Assembly: GCA_040235515.1 (NCBI GenBank)
Contig: JBECKX010000056.1
Coordinates: 1 to 16,934 of the forward strand
Direction of reading: 5' to 3'
DNA: 16,934 bases
From: Candidatus Zixiibacteriota bacterium
Lineage (GTDB): Bacteria; Zixibacteria; MSB-5A5; CAIYYT01
The translations under genes and the position numbers were made by a program. Of this stretch, positions 1 to 6,921 are shown piece after piece. The notes under the pieces are model-generated. The model ran no database searches and had not been told where the DNA came from. It saw only the letters and a program-made list of their open reading frames with translations. Within the stretch, counting starts at the first letter, position 1. Every line of letters starts with the position of its first letter.

Positions 1-528
1 AATGTGCTGACGGCATTGGATCCATCGGTTCCGCGCGACCTGCAGATATTGACTGTTGCTTCGGATGAGAGTACGGCGGATTTTTCTCTGCCGTTCTGGG
101 TGTTCGAGTTGCCTGAGTGCGAGAGAGCACGGCTGCGCATGGCATTCGGAACGCTGGAGGAATTCGGAAGCGCTGTGGTTCCGGCGTTTGAGATTCGCAA
201 TTCAGAGGCGCTGCACCGGACGATCCTGCGGGCTTCAGCAAGTTACCAGCAAATCGAACCAGCCGGGCTGGAACAACGGGAAAACTACCACTATCCGGCC
301 ACCGAACCGGTGGGATATTCAGCGGGATTGCTGCAGGCCTCATACCTGCGCGCGCAGTTGGAGCGCACCAACCACCTGACGGAGGGGGATTGTCTGTCTC
401 TGGGAAGGCTCCGCGCCCTTCAATATCTTCCCTTCAAGGCCGAGAGCTATTTTCTCGTCGACACTCAACTCGGTGCGATCACGATCGAGCGGGCCGCGCT
501 AACCCACGCCGCAAAGTTAGATTCGTAG
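1..528 (+). CDS. Hypothetical protein, 5'-truncated by the window edge
   Basis: Frame is open from base 1 (AAT GTG CTG ACG...) to TAG at 526-528 and converges on fprA with a 16-nt gap. No recognisable motif. Confidence 0.65.
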   Translation, partial: NVLTALDPSVPRDLQILTVASDESTADFSLPFWVFELPECERARLRMAFGTLEEFGSAVVPAFEIRNSEALHRTILRASASYQQIEPAGLEQRENYHYPATEPVGYSAGLLQASYLRAQLERTNHLTEGDCLSLGRLRALQYLPFKAESYFLVDTQLGAITIERAALTHAAKLDS

Positions 529-544
529 TCGCCGGTCGGCGCCG

Positions 545-1744
545 TTACCCTCGCACGAATTCGATAAACCCACGACCAAACTCTCTACAGGCTGCAAGTT
601 CATCGTCGTTGGGGAGAAGTCGCGCCCTGGCACCGGGGGTATATACTTTGAGCTTCAATTTCTCCAGATAGCCTTCGAGGATATCGTTGGCCTGTCCACC
701 CCAGCCGTAGGAGCCGAACACGGCGGCTTTCTTTCCGATGGCGGACACGCTCGACAGCAGATGAGCGGCATCCCAGACAGGCTTGACGACATCGCCGGCA
801 AAGGTGGGAGTGCCGAAGATGATAGCGTCGGCTGACTCGAAGTAATCACGGAGTTCGGCGAGGTCAGCCTCGCTGGCGTCGAACGATTTCACCTCACAGT
901 CAAGCCGGTCGAGTGACTCGGCGATGGCCCGGGCCATCATTGCGGTGTAGCCGTACGAACTGGCGTAGACGAGCACGATCAGTGTCGTCTCACTCGAGTA
1001 TTTCGGTGAGGTCCATTCGAGGTACTTCTCGACGAAGCGTCGCGGCTCGGCTTTGTTAATTAAACCATGCGACGGTGCCACAACCTTGATCTCGCGCTGG
1101 AGAACGGCTTCGGTAGCGCGTCTGGAAAATGGTGCGAAGGGACGCATAATCTGATCGTAGTAGAACCTGGTTTCATGCTCGATGACCGGATCGTCGGGCC
1201 GGTAGAAGATCGACTCTCCCGCTTTGGGGCAATAGTGAGCTGCGTAGCCGTCGCAGGAGAAAAGCACGGCATCCTCCTGACAGTAGGTGAACATCGTATC
1301 GGGCCAATGCATCAGCGGTGCAGAGAGTAACTCGAGGGTCCTGCCGCCAAGATCGATTGTCTCCCCTGCCTTGACGGCGTTGATCTCTTTGGCGGGGTTG
1401 TTGACAATGTTGCGCAGGAACGGTTCGGCTGCCTTGCTGCAAACCAGTTTCAAGTCGGGATTCAGTTCGAGCAGTTTGTCGATGCTGCCGGAATGGTCGG
1501 GTTCGTTGTGGTTGACTATCAGGTACTCTATCTGAGCCGGATCGACGATTTCGCGGATGGAGGAAAGCATCTGATCCTCGAAACCCGCCTTGACGGCATC
1601 GATCAGCGCCACGCGCTCGCCGACCACCAGATACGAGTTGTAAGTCGTTCCATGTTCGGTTTTGACATATAGATCGAAGACTTTGAGGCCGGGGTCCATT
1701 GCTCCGACCCAGTGAATTGCGGGGGTTATCTCAATGGCTGTCAT
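545..1744 (-). CDS. fprA: Class A flavodiiron protein (metallo-beta-lactamase-like diiron domain plus flavodoxin domain), O2/NO reductase, 399 aa
   Basis: Motifs GTTYNSY, H-N-E-P-D-H, HWPD, FSCD and PSHG; flavodoxin motifs YASSYGYT, GTPT and FGSYGW. Start moved from 1951 to the ATG at 1744 (MTAIEITPAIHWVG), which has AAGGAG 5 nt upstream. Confidence 0.95.
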   Translation of the reverse strand: MTAIEITPAIHWVGAMDPGLKVFDLYVKTEHGTTYNSYLVVGERVALIDAVKAGFEDQMLSSIREIVDPAQIEYLIVNHNEPDHSGSIDKLLELNPDLKLVCSKAAEPFLRNIVNNPAKEINAVKAGETIDLGGRTLELLSAPLMHWPDTMFTYCQEDAVLFSCDGYAAHYCPKAGESIFYRPDDPVIEHETRFYYDQIMRPFAPFSRRATEAVLQREIKVVAPSHGLINKAEPRRFVEKYLEWTSPKYSSETTLIVLVYASSYGYTAMMARAIAESLDRLDCEVKSFDASEADLAELRDYFESADAIIFGTPTFAGDVVKPVWDAAHLLSSVSAIGKKAAVFGSYGWGGQANDILEGYLEKLKLKVYTPGARARLLPNDDELAACREFGRGFIEFVRG

Positions 1745-1766
1745 ATCTTCTCCTTGTTCGGACCAC

Positions 1767-1794
1767 AAGATATATTTGTCCACATTCGAAGCAA
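1767..1794 (-). promoter_or_regulatory. Putative sigma70-type promoter for fprA
   Basis: Minus strand reads TTGCTT-N16-TATCTT upstream of the fprA RBS. Confidence 0.3.
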
Positions 1795-1876
1795 GTGCTT
1801 TTGGACTCCACAATCGGGGGGCAAATCGTGAAAAAGAGTTGCACGACGGGCTAACCGCAACGTTAATTAGGAGTAT

Positions 1877-2431
1877 ATGAGCCAGATCAGAACATTGAGA
1901 CGGGCTGTTGTCACGATTGTGCTCGCTGTCGGTTCGCTGCTGTTGATCCAATGCAGCAGCTCGACAGAGCCGGAGAAGCCGCTCACGAACCGGGTATACT
2001 TCGCCAGGGATGTTCAGGTTACTGCCGGTGACAGGTTTGCGGTACCGATTTACTTCGAAAACAACATCAACCTGGGGGCGATCAATATCCCGCTCGACTA
2101 TGACACGGCGTTCCTGCGCTGTGATTCCGTTTCATTTCTGGGGAGCCGAGTCGGTAGCTTCCTGATTCAGACCTATGGCCTGCATTCGACCTCCCCGCAA
2201 ATCCTGATCGGCGCGATCGATAGCGCGGCGGGAGCGGAGCCGGGCAGCGGGCTGCTGGCGAACCTGCATTTCTGGGCTTATGGTTTCACGCCTGATACGA
2301 CCCTGAGTATCTGGACACCGGAGAATCCCCATGCCGGGTTGAATCTGGGTTTTCGAGACACTTCCCTGACGGGTGGACCGATCGTACCGGAGTTTGAGGC
2401 AGGCGAGATATCGGTCAAGGGACAGCGATAG
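1877..2431 (+). CDS. Putative lipoprotein with a single cohesin-like domain, 184 aa
   Basis: Basic N-terminus, hydrophobic stretch and LLLIQ-C lipobox-like site. The body resembles a cohesin beta-sandwich: VQVTAGDRFAVPIYFEN, GAINIPLDYDTAFL, GSGLLANLHF, FEAGEISVK. AGGAG lies just upstream. Confidence 0.75.
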   Translation: MSQIRTLRRAVVTIVLAVGSLLLIQCSSSTEPEKPLTNRVYFARDVQVTAGDRFAVPIYFENNINLGAINIPLDYDTAFLRCDSVSFLGSRVGSFLIQTYGLHSTSPQILIGAIDSAAGAEPGSGLLANLHFWAYGFTPDTTLSIWTPENPHAGLNLGFRDTSLTGGPIVPEFEAGEISVKGQR

Positions 2432-2445
2432 CGGCTCTGTCGCAT

Positions 2446-2470
2446 TCACTCCTGAAAATTGGAGTGATTT
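2446..2470 (+). terminator. Possible intrinsic terminator after the cohesin gene
   Basis: Perfect 7-bp inverted repeat TCACTCC-tgaaaatt-GGAGTGA followed by only TTT, 14 nt after the stop codon. Confidence 0.4.
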
Positions 2471-2672
2471 GATAGATTATCCGCTTGACAGGGGCGCGGC
2501 GTTTGACTATCGAATTCATACAAGAACCAAGCATCAACAGTTGATTATCTGAAACAGTGGGGCTGTCAAAGAGGCTGGGGCAATTCCGCATTTAGTGAGA
2601 CCACCGTGGTCGTTAAACATCCCTGAACTCCATGCACCCCGTTTTTTCACAAACTTATTCAAAGGTGTGCTC

Positions 2673-3023
2673 ATGGAAACCACGATCCATCGGATGCTCA
2701 GAGTCAAAGCAAAGGAAGAGGTGGAGCTCAAGCTGACCATCGGCAACGGACAGCTCGGAACCACATCGGTCCACCTCGGCGCGGATCTAATCTGCGATGA
2801 GACCAAGAGCAGGATTACGCTCTCCCTTGGTAAAGGGAAAAACTTGCGCAGGAAACAATTGCGCTGTTCTACACTGGTACAGGATATCAATGCGAGTACG
2901 AACAAGACCTCCGTTGCCTACCGGTTTAACGGCTCATACATGCCATACGAGGAGAAGCTGACCAAGACAGTGGCCGAAGAGGGTGAGATTGTCTGGTACA
3001 CAGCAACATTCAACTTCTATTAG
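2673..3023 (+). CDS. Hypothetical small basic beta-rich protein, 116 aa, no signal peptide
   Basis: ATG at 2673 (METTIHR...) preceded by AAAGGTG. Alternating hydrophobic beta-strand pattern. 22 nt from the next gene. Confidence 0.75.
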   Translation: METTIHRMLRVKAKEEVELKLTIGNGQLGTTSVHLGADLICDETKSRITLSLGKGKNLRRKQLRCSTLVQDINASTNKTSVAYRFNGSYMPYEEKLTKTVAEEGEIVWYTATFNFY

Positions 3024-3045
3024 ACAAAGCGGAGGGCGGAAGCTA

Positions 3046-4371
3046 ATGATAACGCATAAAGAGAGTTTCACGAAGTTCAGGCTTGTCCCGCTCATCGTGT
3101 TGGTTGTGATGTTGTCGATCACAGATGAGCTGCCAGCTCAGGATGCGGGCAAAGTTGAAGAGCAATTGAATCTGCTGGTGGCGCCATCATCGGTGGGGCT
3201 ATCACTGCTTGACGTTGATGCGAGCAGTGTGTCGAGGCCGCAGACGCCGACAGATATTATCGTGACAGTGAGAAACAAGACGAATGAGTTCACGGAGATA
3301 CCGAGCGAGTTCGGGCTTGACCTCCAGCCGTATTGGGTGTTGGGGGGAGGTGGTGCGACCTATGAAGAACTGGCGGGTGATGAGGTAACATTCCGTTCGA
3401 TCCTGCAAAATTTCCGGGTATCACTGGCAACGAAGTCCCGAATCGACTCGAGTTTCGCCGGTACGGATTCCCTGCTGACTGTGACTTCAAGCGATTTTGC
3501 GATTGGTTTGAATCTCCCGATCGCGCGAGGAAAGCGCAGCTCGGAGACGATAGAGCATTTCAAAGCGATAAAGGATGGCCTAAAGGGTCTAAACAGGATC
3601 TTGAGGACTAAGCTTGATTCCGCGCGGAAGAATTCAGAGAGTTACCAAATTCTGAGTTTGAGACTCGATACGCTTGAGGGAGAGTTGTCGTCGCTTACGG
3701 ATGCCGGAGATGACCTTCAAAAGCAGCTGGATGCCCAAACTGCCGCACAGAAGATGGCCGAGATGATCCTGAACGATGCCCGAATCGCGGCGCTTAAAAT
3801 CGAGAAGGCTGCAATTCTGGCTCAGCAAGAGAAGCTGGAAGCCGAGATGAAGGATGTAATCTTCAAGAGTCAGTCGGCGGAATTGGAGGCACAGAAGAAG
3901 CTGGTCGCAGATGCTCCGAACGAGCGAATTGGGTTCAAACTTGAGTTGGCGGGCGGAATTGTGACGGATGTTCCGGGGCAAGACTTCGACAAAGCCCGGC
4001 TCAGGACAGCCGGCATCTGGGTAACGGGGGGTTACGAATCGAAGAGTCTCGGTTTTCTGGGTGTGGCGCGTTCGCTTGCTGACGGCAAGAATGGTGACCG
4101 CACATCGTGGGACATCGGCGGCCGAATCGTGGCGGACGTAGGACCGCAGTTGTCGTGCTCGATCGAGGCAGCGTACCGATTCATCAACATGTATGCAGGG
4201 GCAAACATGAACACCTGGCGCACCGCTTTCCGGGCAGACTACCTGGTGGGAAAGAACAAGTCTCTGGCTGTTACCTTCGGGCGAGATTTTGAAGGCAAGA
4301 AGTCGGGAACGCTCCTGACACTCGTTCAGCTCGTACTCGGATTTGGATCGGCTCGTCCCATCGATTCATAG
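3046..4371 (+). CDS. Hypothetical secreted protein, predicted outer-membrane beta-barrel with central coiled-coil, 441 aa
   Basis: ATG at 3046 with GGAGG at 3031-3035; Sec-type signal (KFRLVPLIVLVVMLSITDELPA-Q). Amphipathic strands flank a helical heptad-like segment, and the protein ends in the strand LVQLVLGFG. Confidence 0.8.
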   Translation: MITHKESFTKFRLVPLIVLVVMLSITDELPAQDAGKVEEQLNLLVAPSSVGLSLLDVDASSVSRPQTPTDIIVTVRNKTNEFTEIPSEFGLDLQPYWVLGGGGATYEELAGDEVTFRSILQNFRVSLATKSRIDSSFAGTDSLLTVTSSDFAIGLNLPIARGKRSSETIEHFKAIKDGLKGLNRILRTKLDSARKNSESYQILSLRLDTLEGELSSLTDAGDDLQKQLDAQTAAQKMAEMILNDARIAALKIEKAAILAQQEKLEAEMKDVIFKSQSAELEAQKKLVADAPNERIGFKLELAGGIVTDVPGQDFDKARLRTAGIWVTGGYESKSLGFLGVARSLADGKNGDRTSWDIGGRIVADVGPQLSCSIEAAYRFINMYAGANMNTWRTAFRADYLVGKNKSLAVTFGRDFEGKKSGTLLTLVQLVLGFGSARPIDS

Positions 4372-4452
4372 GTGATGTTCACTACCCGCAGGCGATTTCC
4401 CGGCGAGTGATTCTTGTTGACTTGGGTGGGGCTGAGTGGACATGTTTACTCT

Positions 4453-5211
4453 ATGATTTACAGAGTCTCTCATTCCCGGTATGCGATGATACTGGGTTGC
4501 TGCTTTGCGGTCATTTTCATTCTGCTTGCCATCGCACCGTACGATCGACACGATTGGCTGCTTGAGAATGCGCTGGCGTTTGTTTTCATCTTGTTTCTCG
4601 CAACGACCTTCAAACGTTTTCCGTTTTCACGCATTTCATACAGCCTGATCTTTCTTTTCTTATGCCTGCATGAGGTTGGGGCGCACTACACCTATGCGGC
4701 GGTGCCGTACGATACGTGGTTTACGACTTACCTGGGGTTTAGCCTGAATGATCTACTTGGCTGGGAGCGCAACAATTTCGATCGGCTGGTGCATTTCTCG
4801 TACGGTTTGCTGCTGGCCTACCCTATCCGTGAAATGTTCCACCGCGTTGTGGACGTTAAGGGCTTCTGGGGGTACTTTCTGCCGCTGGACGTTACGATGT
4901 CGACTTCGATGCTGTTTGAGCTGATCGAGTGGGCTGCCGTGCTGCTGGTTGGCGGAGATCTGGGTGTCGCCTACCTCGGCACGCAGGGGGATATCTGGGA
5001 TGCACACAAGGACATGGGGCTGGCGACGATCGGTGCGGTGATTGCGATGACGGTAACGGCGCTGATCAATATTTGTATCCAGCATGATTTTGCGCGGGAA
5101 TGGGCGGAATCGTTCCGGGTTAAGGGGAAAAAGCCGCTTGGTGAAGATGAGATTGCCAGATTGATGATGAAAAAGCGGCGGGCGCAACGCGACTCGGGGG
5201 ATGAGAGCTGA
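4453..5211 (+). CDS. DUF2238 (YjdF-like) inner-membrane protein, about 252 aa
   Basis: Family motifs PYDRHDWLLEN, HEVGAHYTYAAVP, RNNFDRLVHF, ELIEW and GTQGDIWDAHKDM; several transmembrane helices. Start uncertain (4414, 4453 or 4486). Confidence 0.9.
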   Translation: MIYRVSHSRYAMILGCCFAVIFILLAIAPYDRHDWLLENALAFVFILFLATTFKRFPFSRISYSLIFLFLCLHEVGAHYTYAAVPYDTWFTTYLGFSLNDLLGWERNNFDRLVHFSYGLLLAYPIREMFHRVVDVKGFWGYFLPLDVTMSTSMLFELIEWAAVLLVGGDLGVAYLGTQGDIWDAHKDMGLATIGAVIAMTVTALINICIQHDFAREWAESFRVKGKKPLGEDEIARLMMKKRRAQRDSGDES

Positions 5212-5311
5212 GTTGGTGCCCTGCGTCGGTTCCGGCTGCGCTGCTCAATCTCAAGTGCGTAACTCCCTGCAATGAGGGTAAATCGGTTTCTGATTGTGTC
5301 GGTGTCAGCGG

Positions 5312-6472
5312 CTAGTGCGGTACACTGCTCGGGGAGTGAGTTGGTTCGCCCTTGAGTTGTGCCTTGAGCTGCTCGGGATGATTCCGCGGCAGGCTGATTC
5401 GGAATGTTGTGCCGACATTTTCTTTGACCTGAAAGGTGATACTCCCGGAGTGTGCATCGACGATGCTCTTGACGATGGCGAGACCGAGCCCGGTGCCGCG
5501 TTTCTTGCCATAGGTCACAAACGGTTTGAAGAGGTCGTCCCTGATCTCACCGGGAATCCCCCCGCCAGTGTCCTCCACTTCGAAGAGTGTCTGGTCGGGG
5601 TGGTTGAGTACGCGTAGAAAGACGACTCCGCCATCTTTCATGGCATCCTTGGCATTGACGACCAGGTTTTGCAGTGCGCGCCACAGCTTCTGTTCGTCGG
5701 CGGTGATTCTGGGCTCGACGCCGGCATTACTCTGGTGGATGCATTGCAGCGAGATATTGTCGCGCTGGAAGATCGGCTCGTAGGTATTGACGAATTCCTG
5801 CGCCAACTGGAACGGGTTAACATCGGTGAGCTGGATGTTCATCTGGCCCCGGACAAATTCGAGCACATCATCGCTCATGGCGACGATGCGATGCACCTGG
5901 CGGATGATCAGTTGACAGTTGTCGGCCAATTGACCGCCGGTGTGATCCCCCTGCTCGATCAGGCTCGCCATCATCATGATCGAGCTGAGCGGGTTCTTGA
6001 GATCGTGAACGAGTGATGCGGTGAGTTCTCCAACCGCACGCATCCGCTCAGACTCTTTCAGTGCCTTTTCGGCTTGTCGCCGGGCTTCCCGCTCTTCGGC
6101 GTCTCGCAATTCCCGCTCGACGGCGGGAGCAAGTCGCCTGAGGTTATCCTTCATGATGTAATCGTTGACACCCTTCCGCATCAGTTCAACAGCCAACTCC
6201 TCACCGATCGAACCGGAGACGATGATAAAAGGTGCGTTGGCGCCCGCCGAATCTCGGTGGATTCTCAGAGCCTGCAGTCCGGTGAACTGCGGGAGGTTGT
6301 AGTCTGAGATTACCACATCGAACGTTGTCTCAGCTACCGCCTTTTGCATAGCCTCGGCATTGTCAACCACAATAGACTCGACCTCGAAGCCGCCTCGGTG
6401 CAACTCCATCTTGACGAGGGCGGCATCATCGGGCAAGTCTTCAATGAGCAAGGCACGGATGTTACGTTTCAT
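5312..6472 (-). CDS. Hybrid receiver-histidine kinase (REC-HisKA-HATPase_c), 386 aa
   Basis: REC domain: LLIED, VISDYNLP, IIVSG, YIMK. H-box VHDLKNPL, N-box NLVVNA, G1 DTGGGI, F-box FKPF, G2 GTGLGL. TGATG stop/start overlap with the upstream receiver gene at 6472. Confidence 0.95.
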   Translation of the reverse strand: MKRNIRALLIEDLPDDAALVKMELHRGGFEVESIVVDNAEAMQKAVAETTFDVVISDYNLPQFTGLQALRIHRDSAGANAPFIIVSGSIGEELAVELMRKGVNDYIMKDNLRRLAPAVERELRDAEEREARRQAEKALKESERMRAVGELTASLVHDLKNPLSSIMMMASLIEQGDHTGGQLADNCQLIIRQVHRIVAMSDDVLEFVRGQMNIQLTDVNPFQLAQEFVNTYEPIFQRDNISLQCIHQSNAGVEPRITADEQKLWRALQNLVVNAKDAMKDGGVVFLRVLNHPDQTLFEVEDTGGGIPGEIRDDLFKPFVTYGKKRGTGLGLAIVKSIVDAHSGSITFQVKENVGTTFRISLPRNHPEQLKAQLKGEPTHSPSSVPH

Positions 6473-6921
6473 CAGACACCTGCGGCAACCACCGGGACTT
6501 CGTTCAGGAGCAGCCAGTAGAGGCCAAGATTGCGGACGGCCTCGGTGAACTGGACAAAATCTACAGGCTTCCTGATGTAGCTATTGGCACCGAGGCTGTA
6601 GCCGTCCAGAAGGTCCTGATCCTCCTTGGAGGAGGTGAGAATGACCACCGGGAGGAATTTCGTGCGATCGTCTGAGCGCAGTCGTTTCAGTACAGTGAGT
6701 CCATCCACCCGTGGCAGCTTGAGATCGAGCAGGATCACCTGCGGGAGATCGGCGGGCTGCCGGCCTTCGAATTTGCCGGTACAGAAGAGGTAGTCGAGTG
6801 CTTCGACTCCATCGCGGGCGACAGCGATTTCGTTGGTTATGTTCGCCTTCTTAAGCGCTCGCAGCGTTAACTCGACGTCGTCCGGATTGTCCTCTACCAG
6901 TAAGATCGTCTTGTGCTTCAT
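6472..6921 (-). CDS. Single-domain response regulator, Rcp1-like, 149 aa
   Basis: LLVEDNPDD, LLDLKLP, VVILTSS, GANSYIRKP and C-terminal LGLYWL, typical of Rcp1-like receivers. GGAGG RBS 5 nt upstream. Confidence 0.95.
   Translation of the reverse strand: MKHKTILLVEDNPDDVELTLRALKKANITNEIAVARDGVEALDYLFCTGKFEGRQPADLPQVILLDLKLPRVDGLTVLKRLRSDDRTKFLPVVILTSSKEDQDLLDGYSLGANSYIRKPVDFVQFTEAVRNLGLYWLLLNEVPVVAAGV

Noticed and set aside
1745..1951. 69-aa N-terminal extension of FprA in the ORF track
   Set aside because: It overlaps the divergent cohesin gene. The ATG at 1744 has a strong RBS and matches the family N-terminus.
5248..5262. CGTAACTCCCTGCAA resembling the reverse complement of the post-tRNA AAGGGGTTATG motif, as a possible element boundary
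   Set aside because: The match is short and imperfect, and no recombinase gene supports it.
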